Part shown: one piece after another, positions 36,354 to 47,115 of the stretch
How positions within the stretch are numbered: the stretch's first letter is position 1
How the letters are laid out: each line of letters begins with the position of its first letter
Origin: Coriobacteriia bacterium
GTDB lineage: Bacteria > Actinomycetota > Coriobacteriia > WRKU01 > WQUG01
Direction: 5' to 3'
Length of the DNA stretch: 64,000 nt
Assembly: GCA_009785795.1 (NCBI GenBank)
Contig: WQVN01000002.1
Location: forward strand, 8,221-72,220
Notes under the pieces: model-generated
The model's input: the letters and a program-made list of their open reading frames with translations, nothing else
Database searches by the model: none
Told to the model about the DNA's origin: nothing
Translations under genes and position numbers: made by a program

Positions 36354-38381
36354 GTGGGCCAGGAAAAGAAAAGTGCAGATGTTTCACAAGAAGAGCTGTG
36401 CTCTGATGGTGTACTTGCGTCTAAGGATGACGAATCTGGTAGTCGGCCACGCAAAAAAAGAACCTTTGTTAATGTTGTTTTGGGCTTTGCCTGCGTAGTA
36501 ACTTTTTTTACTATTGCAGTTCTGGCAGCAGTTGCCTATATCATTTCTCAACCACTTCCTGATATTTCTATTGATGCAATAGAGCGGCGATCGTCGCGCC
36601 CTTCGACTCTTTTTGCAGCTGATGGTACGGTGCTTGCCCAGTGGCATGGTGATCTTGAGCGCCAACCTATGGAGGCAGAGGATTTTCCACAAGTCATTTT
36701 TGATGCGACTGTAGCAATTGAGGATCAACGCTTTTTTGACCATTCGGGTCTTGATTTGCGTGGCATCATTCGTGCCTTTCAGCGCAATTATCAAGCAGGA
36801 GAAATCGAAGAGGGTGGCTCAACTATTACTCAACAGCTTATGAAGATGATGTATGTGGGCGAAGATCAGACATTCATTCGAAAAGTTGAGGAAGCAATTC
36901 TGGCTACGCGTGTTGAGATGGAATATGATAAGCGTGACATTTTAGCAGCATATCTGAACATGGCGTTCTTTGGTCAGGGTGCGTATGGACTTGCAGCGGC
37001 ATCCGAGATATTTTTTGATGTTGAGCCACAAGATCTTACGATTGCACAAGCAGCTACCTTGGCAGGTGTCTTGCACATGCCGTCTGCGTATAGACCCCAT
37101 GACGATCTCGAGCCGCTACAACAGCGACGTGATGTTGTGTTAGAGGCAATGCGCGAGCAGGGACTCATTACACAGGTAAGCTACAACGAGGCAATAGATA
37201 CACCGCTTGAAGTTGAGCCGCGAATGACGCCTGCAAGTGATGTGCAAAGTCCCTTCTTTGTTGACTTTGTTGCGCGTGATTTGCATAACTACATCGATGA
37301 TGAGCGCATTGCTCAGGGTGGCTTGAACATCTTTACAACGCTCGACCCTGTTGTTCAACAGGCTGCAGAAGATGCAGCAGACACGTTTAATGGTCGCAGC
37401 AGTGGACCGACCGTGTCGATGGTGACAATGCGTCACAGTGATGGTGCGATTTTAGCACTGGTCGGAGGCAAGGATTGGGATGACAATGAATTCAATATTG
37501 CGGTTCAAGCGCGCAGGCAACCAGGTTCTGCCTTTAAGCCTCTTACCCTAATCGCTGCCCTTGAAGCTGGTTATGACATTGATCAAGAAGTCGATGCGAC
37601 TCCGTATGAAGTCGTGGTTAAAGATGAGCTATGGCAAGTAAATAACTATGCAAATGCAGACTATGGCGACAGTGTGACCTTGCGCGAAGCCACTATCAGG
37701 TCAGTAAACACTGTGTATGCTCGCACTATTATAGACATAGGTCCAGAACGAGTGGTGCAGTTGGCACATGATATGGGCTTTACTGCAGACATGGAGCCCG
37801 ATCCTGCGCTTGCGCTTGGAGGCTTGCGCTACGGTGTGTCGCCTCTTGAAATGGCGCATGCCTATACGACGATTGCGCGTGCAGGCGAAGACATAGCTCC
37901 CCGTTCTGTTTATCGGATTACAAGTGCCACTAATCCAAATGAGGTGCTGTACCAGGCAACAGATCAAGTGTCTGCGCGCGTCTTCCCTGAGGAAGTGGGA
38001 CGCGAGGTGCGCAGTACCTTGCGCTCGGCAATTACGCAGGGCACAGGCAGAAATGCAAATATTTCTGGTCTAAGTGTGTCGGGCAAGACGGGAACGGCAC
38101 AAAATTATCACGATGCCTGGTTTGTTGGGTGGGCAGATGGCGTAACAACTGCAGTATGGATGGGACATCCCGAGGCACAGATCGAGATGCGCGATGTACG
38201 TGGTCGCGATGTAACAGGCGGTAGTTTTCCTGCAGAGATTTGGCGTGATTTTACTGAAGCTGCAATAGAGGCGAGACCAGGATCAGGACTAACTGATGCA
38301 CCATTTGCTGGCAGGCAGAACAGGTCTGATGATGAGCAGCGAACCATTCCGACTTTAGAAGAAATTGGCAGGGCACCTTAA
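36354..38381 (+). CDS. Class A penicillin-binding protein (glycosyltransferase GT51 + transpeptidase)
   Basis: GT51 motifs EDQRFFDHSG and GGSTITQQL. Transpeptidase motifs SAFKP, SVN and KTGTA. N-terminal TM anchor. Confidence 0.9.
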   Translation: MGQEKKSADVSQEELCSDGVLASKDDESGSRPRKKRTFVNVVLGFACVVTFFTIAVLAAVAYIISQPLPDISIDAIERRSSRPSTLFAADGTVLAQWHGDLERQPMEAEDFPQVIFDATVAIEDQRFFDHSGLDLRGIIRAFQRNYQAGEIEEGGSTITQQLMKMMYVGEDQTFIRKVEEAILATRVEMEYDKRDILAAYLNMAFFGQGAYGLAAASEIFFDVEPQDLTIAQAATLAGVLHMPSAYRPHDDLEPLQQRRDVVLEAMREQGLITQVSYNEAIDTPLEVEPRMTPASDVQSPFFVDFVARDLHNYIDDERIAQGGLNIFTTLDPVVQQAAEDAADTFNGRSSGPTVSMVTMRHSDGAILALVGGKDWDDNEFNIAVQARRQPGSAFKPLTLIAALEAGYDIDQEVDATPYEVVVKDELWQVNNYANADYGDSVTLREATIRSVNTVYARTIIDIGPERVVQLAHDMGFTADMEPDPALALGGLRYGVSPLEMAHAYTTIARAGEDIAPRSVYRITSATNPNEVLYQATDQVSARVFPEEVGREVRSTLRSAITQGTGRNANISGLSVSGKTGTAQNYHDAWFVGWADGVTTAVWMGHPEAQIEMRDVRGRDVTGGSFPAEIWRDFTEAAIEARPGSGLTDAPFAGRQNRSDDEQRTIPTLEEIGRAP

Positions 38382-39173
38382 GTGACCATTTCTGATTCAC
38401 AATCTGCACCGCTATTTAGCATAATTACGGTTTGTCGAAATGCAGAAGCAACCATAAAGCGCACCATCCAGTCAGTACTTGATCAGAGCTTTACAGACTA
38501 TGAATATTTGGTGATAGATGGTGCCTCAAGCGATAAAACGCTCAGGCATGTCCAAGGCTTTGCTTCTGCGTTTGATGGTACGAACAGTGGCATTCTGCAC
38601 TACAGTAGCGAGGCTGACCAGAGCATATATGACGCCATGAACAAAGGACTTGCACGGGCGCGTGGCAGCTATGTTGCGTTTTTGAATGCCGATGACTGGT
38701 ATTCAGATGATGCGCTGATAACGGTTGCCTCATTAACCTCATCAAGTATTGATTGCATTGCAGGTGCAACACGCGTTTTTTCACTTGATGGCAGTTCACA
38801 GGTTCGTCCGGCACGCAAAGACGTATTGCTGCAGCCCTATCCACCAGCGATGCCTGCGACGCATCAATCCTGGTTTGCGCGAACCGAATTGTTGCGTATG
38901 CTTGGCGGATTCAATACTGATTTTACAATCGCAGCTGACTATGAGTTGTTTTTGCGCATTCACAAACTCAATCGCCTGTGGGCGTTCAGTCCAGAAGTGT
39001 TAGCAAATTTTAGTTTAGGTGGAGCAAGTTATGACATTGTGCCTACTGCTATGCAGTATGCACACGCAAAGCGTGCCAATGGTGACAGTATTGTACATGC
39101 TTGGGGAGTTTATTTGCGCAATGTTTCTGCGGCCTTCATGCGCAGAATAGTGGCACGAACCACACAGCGATAG
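38382..39173 (+). CDS. Glycosyltransferase family 2
   Basis: FSIITVCRNAEATIKRTIQSVLDQSFTDYEYLVIDGASSDKT and NADD. The GTG start is immediately after the PBP stop. Confidence 0.8.
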   Translation: MTISDSQSAPLFSIITVCRNAEATIKRTIQSVLDQSFTDYEYLVIDGASSDKTLRHVQGFASAFDGTNSGILHYSSEADQSIYDAMNKGLARARGSYVAFLNADDWYSDDALITVASLTSSSIDCIAGATRVFSLDGSSQVRPARKDVLLQPYPPAMPATHQSWFARTELLRMLGGFNTDFTIAADYELFLRIHKLNRLWAFSPEVLANFSLGGASYDIVPTAMQYAHAKRANGDSIVHAWGVYLRNVSAAFMRRIVARTTQR

Positions 39174-40003
39174 ATCCAAAAGGATAGTGCCATCTTTTTT
39201 GCGATTTTATTGTCGAGTTGCAGTTTCTTAACTTCGCGCACCAAGATATCATAACTTGTGCGCAATTCCTGTACGTGGTGTACTGACCTGCTTTGCGAAT
39301 CGGGAACAACTCGAATGTTGTAAAGTGGTTGTGCCGTGAGAAGAATTGGTAGGTTTTCTGCAAAAAATTGAGCATTAAATAGCACATCTTCAAAGTGGTG
39401 CAGATGCTCTTCAAATCGCAGATTGTGTTTGGCAAGTACAGAGCTGCGATAGAGTGCGTTCCCTGTTGAAAGAAGAGACTTCCTCACACGTCCAAACATC
39501 TGAAAGTAAAGTTCTGACCCCAGTGCGGTAATTGCTTGTGGTTGAGCAAGGTCGTCACTTTGTGCGCTCAGTGCAATTTCGCTGCCGCGTGGCATATAGG
39601 AACGTGAATAAATTTTGCCACAGGGCTCATGTATTAGTTGTCCGCAACGTATTGCTGCTGCGCTGGGAGACATATACATTTGACGAATAAGATCGGCAAG
39701 CATGTTTGCCGATACACGGTCATCGGCATCGACAAAGCCGATAAATTCGCTTCCACTGTGCAATGCAGCCTGCAGTCCGCGATTGCGCGCGATAGATACT
39801 CCTGCATGTGGCTGTCTAAAGAGGAATATTCGTGGATCAATTTGGCTATAGTTATGGGCAATTTGCGCGCTGCCGTCAGTAGACCCATCATCGACAACTA
39901 AGACCTGAAAGTCAGTAAAGGTCTGCGCACGCAAAGAATCCAGACAGGATGCAATGTAGTCCACCTTGTTGTACAAGGGCACTATGATGCTGACAGTTCT
40001 CAT
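39110..40003 (-). CDS. Glycosyltransferase family 2
   Basis: VSIIVPLYNKVDYIASCLDSLRAQTFTDFQVLVVDDGSTDGS and FVDADD. It shares an ATGA overlap with the upstream minus-strand gene. Confidence 0.8.
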   Translation of the reverse strand: MRTVSIIVPLYNKVDYIASCLDSLRAQTFTDFQVLVVDDGSTDGSAQIAHNYSQIDPRIFLFRQPHAGVSIARNRGLQAALHSGSEFIGFVDADDRVSANMLADLIRQMYMSPSAAAIRCGQLIHEPCGKIYSRSYMPRGSEIALSAQSDDLAQPQAITALGSELYFQMFGRVRKSLLSTGNALYRSSVLAKHNLRFEEHLHHFEDVLFNAQFFAENLPILLTAQPLYNIRVVPDSQSRSVHHVQELRTSYDILVREVKKLQLDNKIAKKMALSFWIYRCVVRATILRMKAAETLRK

Positions 40004-42198
40004 GGCTCAATCATACCTTGTATGACGGGCAAAAGGGGACTGTTGGGGTATTCTTCTGCAAGATTTTCAGTAAGCTTTGCTGCGGTGTCAATGTCGCCTT
40101 GTTCAAAGTGAAGCAATATTAAGAGCTCAAGATATTCAGAGGACTGCCAATTTGGATGTATGGCTCTGTTTGTCTCTACGGCAGATTCTACCAGAGCAAC
40201 TCCCTCATCAAAATGTCCCAAGCTAACAAGTGAAACACCTTTCACCTGTTTTGCGGGCAGGTAAGTAGGACGTAGCTGAAGAGACTGATCAGCATAGGCA
40301 AGTGCTGTTTCTGGATCATGCATATATAGCACTGACAGCAAATGTAGATATTGTGCATTGTGGGGAAAGCGTCTATGCAAATCATGCGCATAGTCAAGAC
40401 TGTGCTGGTACCAGTCGATGCCGACCACGTCACCCAATGACGCCTGATTGCTCGCAAGTACTTCCAGAGATTGCAATTTTTCTTCGATAGGTTCTGTACG
40501 CCAAGGAGCAATGCGAAGGGCACGCTCTGTCCGCTCAAGACGCACCATAGCGTCGTCGCTATTCAAATTGCCTGCAGCGGCGCTAACAAGCATGAGTACT
40601 GCATGTAGCAGCAATACAGTACCTAGGACAACACAGATAATACGCACGCAGATCCAGATGATGCGCTCAGCTTGTCCACCTCTTTGTTCTTTGATCTTTG
40701 AAAAGATACGCGACATAAAACTTGCGTGTTTTTCGGCAGCGCCACATCCAACAACAACTCCAATCGCGAGATAAAAACAGACAAGCAAAGGAGTTCTAAT
40801 CCCAGATGCTCCTAAAGTTAGCAGCATGCCACACAAGCCAAAAGCCCAGGCACAGTACAGGTAAAGCGTGTTGATGCTTGCCGCTTTTTTCGATGAAGTT
40901 TCATCCTGAGCAGATGACACTGATGCAAAATCATGTCCTATGCGAATTGTGCGAAAAACAGTGATTAAGGTCAGGACAATTAGTGCAAAAAAGGCGACAA
41001 TACCTAATATTCCTGTTGCTGCAGCAATGTCAAGAAAATAGTTATGAGCAGTTCCAACATCTGTTGCAATTCCCATATGTGTTAAAAAGTCAGATCCACT
41101 TACTCCTTGCCATGCATAGAATAAATTGTCTGGTCCAACACCCAGAACAGGATTTTGCGCAATGACTGCAGCGACGTCTTGCCATATTATAAAACGTCCT
41201 CCCATGCCGGTATTAATCGCCTCGATATTGGCAGGCAAGCTGGTAATGCGTGTTGAGAATTCGGTATTGGGGGCTATGGCAATTATTCCTGCGATAAGCA
41301 AAAAACTTGCCCAAAAAACAGCAACCCAGCCTAGTGCGCGCTGCACTGACGTTGCATCGGGCGCAATACTGCTGGTACAGTGAGCCACGTCTTGCTGAGT
41401 CTGCTTATTTTTGCGCGACTTTGACAGTGCGCGGAACAAGAGTAGTGCGCTCAGTAGTATAAGACCTATAAGCAGGCCTGCCCATGCGGCACGTGACAGG
41501 GTAAAGAGTAGCGATGACATCGTAAGTAATGCTGCTATTCCTGCGATTACACGCATTTTGCCCCGTTCGTACAACACTAGTCCAAGTGCTACCAGGCTAG
41601 GAATTACCAGATAACTGCCCAAATAGCTGGGATTTGTCATGGTAGAGACACCGCGAGCAAATGCCCACTGCGCCCCTTCTGCACCTAAGGGAAAGACCTG
41701 AAAGCCAGCAACTTCTAGTAGGGCAAAACTTGCTACGATTGCAGCAGTATAGCTTAGGCAGCGCGACACGACCGTCAGGCGATGGGGCGTATTGATGACA
41801 AAGATTGCTGCAAGTACTAATAGTCCGTATCCCAGATAGGCGATAAAGCCCTGATGGGCTTCGAATCCACCAAATAGGGCAGTAGAGCTATTCCAGGCAA
41901 AAATAGTTGCAAATGCGGTGATTTTTAAAAAAATGAAAAGTGTTGCGATAAGCAGTGTGTGCTGCTTGATGGGCTTTAACGAAAGCCCTGCACGCTCAAG
42001 TTGTACTGGACTTACAATACCTACTGCAAGCAGGATTAGTCCTATAGGGGCAATTAGTGCAAACGTGCCCAAGGCAAACCATCCGCCCAACGCCCATATG
42101 CCTGTTGATCCCACAAAGGGGATGGCAGGGAAAAGCAGGGCAGTCAGCACAATACATGCACAAATTAGCCCAAGTAAAATTTGCGAAACCCTAACCAT
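40000..42198 (-). CDS. O-antigen ligase/polymerase-like (Wzy_C) polytopic membrane protein with C-terminal TPR repeats
   Basis: More than 10 TM helices, a Wzy_C-type loop (LFTLSRAAWAGLLIGLILL), and a C-terminal ~200 aa with TPR-like A/L/Y-rich repeats. Confidence 0.65.
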   Translation of the reverse strand: MVRVSQILLGLICACIVLTALLFPAIPFVGSTGIWALGGWFALGTFALIAPIGLILLAVGIVSPVQLERAGLSLKPIKQHTLLIATLFIFLKITAFATIFAWNSSTALFGGFEAHQGFIAYLGYGLLVLAAIFVINTPHRLTVVSRCLSYTAAIVASFALLEVAGFQVFPLGAEGAQWAFARGVSTMTNPSYLGSYLVIPSLVALGLVLYERGKMRVIAGIAALLTMSSLLFTLSRAAWAGLLIGLILLSALLLFRALSKSRKNKQTQQDVAHCTSSIAPDATSVQRALGWVAVFWASFLLIAGIIAIAPNTEFSTRITSLPANIEAINTGMGGRFIIWQDVAAVIAQNPVLGVGPDNLFYAWQGVSGSDFLTHMGIATDVGTAHNYFLDIAAATGILGIVAFFALIVLTLITVFRTIRIGHDFASVSSAQDETSSKKAASINTLYLYCAWAFGLCGMLLTLGASGIRTPLLVCFYLAIGVVVGCGAAEKHASFMSRIFSKIKEQRGGQAERIIWICVRIICVVLGTVLLLHAVLMLVSAAAGNLNSDDAMVRLERTERALRIAPWRTEPIEEKLQSLEVLASNQASLGDVVGIDWYQHSLDYAHDLHRRFPHNAQYLHLLSVLYMHDPETALAYADQSLQLRPTYLPAKQVKGVSLVSLGHFDEGVALVESAVETNRAIHPNWQSSEYLELLILLHFEQGDIDTAAKLTENLAEEYPNSPLLPVIQGMIEP

Positions 42199-42365
42199 TT
42201 TGACCCTTCATCTAACATCAGTAGTAAAATACAAGTATATAACAATGATGAAAATTAAGACGCTGATAGAACCATAGACAGTTCAATACAGTCTTGACAT
42301 GCAGTCGGTATGCAGTTGCAATGCAAAAGCTGTGCGTCAAGCGGGTTTTGTTAAGGAGAATAGCA

Positions 42366-43307
42366 ATGACTAAGGTGTATGTGTTCGGACATAAAAATCC
42401 AGATAACGACAGCATTTGCAGTGCTGCAGTATACGCGGACTTTCTGAATGAGAGTGAGCCTGATGGCAGCGATGTTACTTACATTGCAGCAAGACTTGGC
42501 GACATTCCACCCGAATCTGCATACGTGTTTGAGCGCTTTGATGCGACAGACATGTTGCCAGTACTGCTACCGCAACCCCAATCTGGTGAAGTCATGAAAG
42601 TGGTACTGGTTGATCATAATGAATATTCTCAATCGGCGGACGGCATTGAAGACATGGATGTTGTTGAAGTTTTGGATCATCACCGCATTGGCAATATTCA
42701 AACAGCTGCTCCGATCCCCTTCATTAATATGCCCTATGGGTCAACGGCGACACTTGTAGCTGTTCAGTACATGGACACAGAAACTCCGCTTCCTAAATGG
42801 GCTGCAGGAGCATTACTTTCTGCGCTGCTTACAGATACGGTTATTTTGAAGTCGCCTACAACAACCGATGTCGATCGCGATATCTGTGAGCTGCTTGCGT
42901 CGGGCGTTGATGTTGATCCGCAAGAATTTGGTATGGAATTGTTCAAAAAGCGCAGCGAGGCGACTCCTTTTAACCCGGCAACAATATTGCAGACAGATTT
43001 GAAAGTGTATGAAAAAGATGACAAATCTGTTGCCATTGTTCAGTTTGAGAGTGTTACTCTTGACACGGTGTTTGCCGCACGTGATGATGTTGTGCGCGAA
43101 ATGCGTGCACTTGCAGATGCTAAGGGATGGGATATGTTTATCTTTATGGCAACAGACATCATCAAAGAAGGTAGTGAACTTTTTATAGTGGGTAACACCA
43201 ACTTGGCTCAAGCCGCCTTTGATGCTGACTTTTCTTCGGGCAGTGTGTGGATGCCAGATGTACTTTCGCGTAAAAAGCAGGTTGCAGCAGCTATAATGGA
43301 TGTATAG
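42366..43307 (+). CDS. ppaC: Manganese-dependent inorganic pyrophosphatase (family II, DHH)
   Basis: VFGHKNPDNDSICSA, VDHNE, LDHHR and the DHHA2 region. AAGGAG RBS lies before ATG 42366. Confidence 0.9.
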   Translation: MTKVYVFGHKNPDNDSICSAAVYADFLNESEPDGSDVTYIAARLGDIPPESAYVFERFDATDMLPVLLPQPQSGEVMKVVLVDHNEYSQSADGIEDMDVVEVLDHHRIGNIQTAAPIPFINMPYGSTATLVAVQYMDTETPLPKWAAGALLSALLTDTVILKSPTTTDVDRDICELLASGVDVDPQEFGMELFKKRSEATPFNPATILQTDLKVYEKDDKSVAIVQFESVTLDTVFAARDDVVREMRALADAKGWDMFIFMATDIIKEGSELFIVGNTNLAQAAFDADFSSGSVWMPDVLSRKKQVAAAIMDV

Positions 43308-43349
43308 CTTGACACACCTCTGGACGTACTTCTGAATTAGGAGAATCTT

Positions 43350-43760
43350 ATGAATGAGACATTTAACTGGGCTAGCATGTTTCCCTTTCTGCACTTTATG
43401 CTGCTTCTTGCAGGAATTGTGGCATTGATTATGCTAATCTTTGCTTTGCGTAATTTGGTTGAGCTTTTGTCCAGTACAAATCGAACCATGCTCGAAGCAG
43501 AGAAAGCAATTGTAGAGATGCGTGTTGCTGTTACTCCTATATTGGCAAAGGTTGATACTGGCATGGAGGCACTTAATGTTCAGCTAGAGCGTCTTGATAC
43601 GATACTAAGCGACTTTGAGTTTACCAGCCAAAAAGTTGCGCATACAGCAGAGGCTGCTAGTGGCATTGTGCAGACTCCTGTGGACTTTGTCGCTACGGTG
43701 ACTGACAGGGTGATGCGCGGATGGAAAGAGCGTCGCGCGCAATCAGAAGATGCACGATAG
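43350..43760 (+). CDS. DUF948 domain membrane protein
   Basis: An N-terminal TM followed by a long helical segment. The size and position upstream of alaS fit DUF948 proteins of Gram-positives. Recognition only. Confidence 0.5.
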   Translation: MNETFNWASMFPFLHFMLLLAGIVALIMLIFALRNLVELLSSTNRTMLEAEKAIVEMRVAVTPILAKVDTGMEALNVQLERLDTILSDFEFTSQKVAHTAEAASGIVQTPVDFVATVTDRVMRGWKERRAQSEDAR

Positions 43761-43819
43761 ACATTATCTTGCGATATAGTCAACTTGTGTTAACAGCTTT
43801 CAAGGAGCCCATCTAAACT

Positions 43820-46525
43820 ATGAAATCCCTTTCAACTGCTGAAATCCGTGAAAAATTTCTTGAATTTTTTGAAGGAAAGGGCAGCAAGCGTCTGCCCTCT
43901 GCATCGCTGATACCTGACGATCCGTCCCTGTTGCTTACGGCAGCGGGGATGGTGCCGTTCAAGCCCATTTTTCTTGGCACAAAGCAGCCAGAAGTGTTGC
44001 GGGCAACAACGGCACAAAAATGCGTACGCACAACTGATATTGATATTATTGGCAGCACAGGACGGCATCTGTCCTTTTTTGAAATGCTGGGCAGCTTTAG
44101 CTTTGGAGACTACTTCAAGCGTGAGGCGATCGCCTGGGCATGGGAGTTCTCGACAGATGTACTGGGACTAGACTCCGACCGCCTGTGGGCAACGGTATAC
44201 ACAGATGATGATGAGGCCGTACAGCTATGGCTGGAAGAAACGACAATTCCAGCAGACCGCATTAAACGATTTGGTGATGCTGACAATTTCTGGGCAGCAG
44301 GTCCAACAGGCCCCTGTGGTCCCTGCAGTGAACTGTTCTATGATCGTGGTGCAAAATTTGCCTGTGATGATTCCGACTGCAGCGTTGGCTGCGAATGTGA
44401 CCGCTATGTTGAATATTGGAATCTGGTCTTCATGCAATATGATCGTGACAAAGATGGCATGCTGACTCCCTTGAAAAAGCAGAGCATTGATACAGGTATG
44501 GGACTAGAGCGCATGGCAGCAATCATGCAGGATGTTCCAAGCAATTTTGATATTGATCTAATGCGCGACTTGATTGTGCGTGCAGAAGAAATCGCAGACG
44601 TACAGTACTTTGGTGCAGCAGATGACAAAGATGTCCAGGCTAGTACTGATCTTGCACTGCGCATTATCAGCGACCATGCACGCTCAGTTGCATTTTTGAT
44701 TGCAGATGGAGTACTGCCCAGCAATGAGGGTCGTGGTTATGTTTTACGCAGATTGCTGCGTCGTGCTGTTCGGTTTGCGCGCTTGCTGGGCGTGAGTGAG
44801 CCCTTTATGGCGCAAATGACTGATGAAGTTGTCAATTTAATGGGTGATCATTATCAGGAATTAGTGACTCATCGTGAGTTGATATCGGGAATTGTTAGTG
44901 CTGAAGAAGACCGATTTTTACAAACATTACGTCAGGGATTGCGCTACTTAGAAGATGCGTTAAAAGCCTTACCAGCTGGCGGTGAGTTGGCGGGTGATAT
45001 GACATTTGAGCTACATGATACCTATGGATTTCCCGTTGATCTAACCCTAGAAATTGCCTCAGAGGGTGGGTACAGCGTTGATGTGTCAGGATTTGAACGG
45101 CACATGGCACAGCAAAAGGAACGTGCGCGTGCGCAAATTCAAGATGTTAGTTGGTCTAGCTACGGAGGCGTATATGCTGACATATTGAAGGAATTCGGAC
45201 CTACTTATTTCGAAGGCTACAATATCTATGAACTTGATGCTGTAATACTTGCAATTATTGATGCAGATGGCAAGCGCGTTGAAAGACTTTGTGAAGGTCA
45301 GCATGGTGAGATTATCCTAAATTATTCACCCTTTTATGGGGAGCAGGGCGGTCAGACAGGTGACACAGGCGACATTAAAATTGCAGGATGTGCTACAGGC
45401 GAACACGCATCTAATGCCAGCGGACATTTTAAGGTCGAAAACACAAAGATCAAAGATGGACTGATTTTGCATAGCGGAACGGTGCAGACGGGCAGTATTG
45501 CTCTAAAGGAAAGCGTTGAAGCTGCCATTGATTTAGATCGCAGAAATCTAATCCGTAGAAATCATACAGCAACGCACTTGCTGCACTGGGCACTGCGCAT
45601 GGTCGTTGGCACACATGTTACTCAGGCAGGAAGTTTTGTGGGGTCGGAACGTCTGCGCTTTGACTTTACTCACTTTGAGCGCCTAACGGCGGACCAGCTC
45701 GCAAAAATTGAGAGTTTGATGAATGAAAAAATTGCAGCTGATTTACCTGTGCGTGCCTTTGAAACTACCTATACTGAATCACAAGAGCTAGGCGTAACTG
45801 CGCTTTTTGGCGAAAAGTATGACGAATATGTTCGCGTGTTAGAAGTTGGCAATACCAGTAAGGAGCTCTGTGGAGGAACACACGTAGGTCGCAGCTCTGA
45901 AATTGGGCTGTTCAAAATAACAAATGAAGAGAGCGTTGGTGCGAATATGCGTCGCATTGAGGCAGTGACAAGTCTCGCCGCTTATGAGTATGTGACGACT
46001 TTGCAAAACGAGCTGACTCATGTTGCCAATACGCTGAAGACTGCTCCGCGTGAAGTAGGCACTAAAGTAGCAAACTTGCTTGAAAGCAATAAGGTCTTAA
46101 AAGCACAGATTAAAAAGGGCGGTGCTGCTGGCGGACTTGATGTACAGAGCTTGCTCGCAGATGCCACAGAAGTTACCGCCGGCGAGACGAGCTATAAGCT
46201 AATTATCGCAAGTCCAAAGGACACATGCGCAGGCGATTTGCGCAAAGCTTGGGATAGCTTGAAGCAGGCTGGCGCAGCTGCGATTGTGCTTTTGACGACC
46301 GATGCAGAAAGTAAAAAGACTATCTATCTAGCTGCAGCAACAGATGAAGCTGTCGCAGCAGGGTTTCACGCAGGTGATGTGATAAAGCATATTGCAACAA
46401 TCCTTGGTGGACGTGGCGGAGGAAAACCAGCGATGGCACAGGGCGGTGCAGACACTGTGGCACCTGAACGTCTGCAGGAAGTACTCGCTGACGTTCGTGC
46501 AGATTTTGACACGTCCTCAGTCTAA
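43820..46525 (+). CDS. alaS: Alanine--tRNA ligase
   Basis: MKSLSTAEIREKFLEFFEGKGSKRLPSASLIP..., FEMLGSFSFGDYFK, the HTATHLLH editing-domain motif, and a C-terminal DHHA1 GGGKP. Confidence 0.95.
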   Translation: MKSLSTAEIREKFLEFFEGKGSKRLPSASLIPDDPSLLLTAAGMVPFKPIFLGTKQPEVLRATTAQKCVRTTDIDIIGSTGRHLSFFEMLGSFSFGDYFKREAIAWAWEFSTDVLGLDSDRLWATVYTDDDEAVQLWLEETTIPADRIKRFGDADNFWAAGPTGPCGPCSELFYDRGAKFACDDSDCSVGCECDRYVEYWNLVFMQYDRDKDGMLTPLKKQSIDTGMGLERMAAIMQDVPSNFDIDLMRDLIVRAEEIADVQYFGAADDKDVQASTDLALRIISDHARSVAFLIADGVLPSNEGRGYVLRRLLRRAVRFARLLGVSEPFMAQMTDEVVNLMGDHYQELVTHRELISGIVSAEEDRFLQTLRQGLRYLEDALKALPAGGELAGDMTFELHDTYGFPVDLTLEIASEGGYSVDVSGFERHMAQQKERARAQIQDVSWSSYGGVYADILKEFGPTYFEGYNIYELDAVILAIIDADGKRVERLCEGQHGEIILNYSPFYGEQGGQTGDTGDIKIAGCATGEHASNASGHFKVENTKIKDGLILHSGTVQTGSIALKESVEAAIDLDRRNLIRRNHTATHLLHWALRMVVGTHVTQAGSFVGSERLRFDFTHFERLTADQLAKIESLMNEKIAADLPVRAFETTYTESQELGVTALFGEKYDEYVRVLEVGNTSKELCGGTHVGRSSEIGLFKITNEESVGANMRRIEAVTSLAAYEYVTTLQNELTHVANTLKTAPREVGTKVANLLESNKVLKAQIKKGGAAGGLDVQSLLADATEVTAGETSYKLIIASPKDTCAGDLRKAWDSLKQAGAAAIVLLTTDAESKKTIYLAAATDEAVAAGFHAGDVIKHIATILGGRGGGKPAMAQGGADTVAPERLQEVLADVRADFDTSSV

Positions 46526-47031
46526 TGACAGAACAAGCTTCCGCAGATCCTGAGCAATATGACTCTCAGCAGGCGGGGGAGCGTGTTCTTGCACTTGATA
46601 TTGGCGAGGTTAGGACTGGTCTCGCGCTATCTGGCACAGACAGACTGCATGCAAATGCCCTGCAAGTGATGGACACAAAGGATCTGTGTGCTGACAATGC
46701 AGGCCTGCATGCCGTTATTGCAGATTACCAGGTAGGCAGTCTGGTTGTGGGATTGCCGCTACTTGCAGACGGCAGTGAAGGATCACAGGCACGTCGCACA
46801 CGCAGTCTTGCGGCAAAGATGCTGCAAGGAGTGGACACACTCGTCCATGGCGGACAGCAATTGCCGATTATATTTTTTAGTGAAAGGCAGTCCAGTAGTC
46901 AGGCACGTCAGTTAGGTCACAGCATGAATCTGAGCGAACGTGATATGCGCGGAACGCTTGATAGCTTTGCAGCGGCCATTTTTTTACAGGAATATCTTGA
47001 TACAATAGATAGCCCACTAGGCAAGAAATGA
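46525..47031 (+). CDS. ruvX: Holliday junction resolvase-like protein RuvX (YqgF)
   Basis: VLALDIGEVRTGLALS and VVGLPL. It is directly coupled to the alaS stop. Confidence 0.85.
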   Translation: MTEQASADPEQYDSQQAGERVLALDIGEVRTGLALSGTDRLHANALQVMDTKDLCADNAGLHAVIADYQVGSLVVGLPLLADGSEGSQARRTRSLAAKMLQGVDTLVHGGQQLPIIFFSERQSSSQARQLGHSMNLSERDMRGTLDSFAAAIFLQEYLDTIDSPLGKK

Positions 47032-47115
47032 ATAGGCTGCAATAACGGCATGCAGGCCTGCTTTGTTAAACGCACCACATGCTTGCCAAAGAGATTTGTG
47101 AGGAGTAGTCCCACC

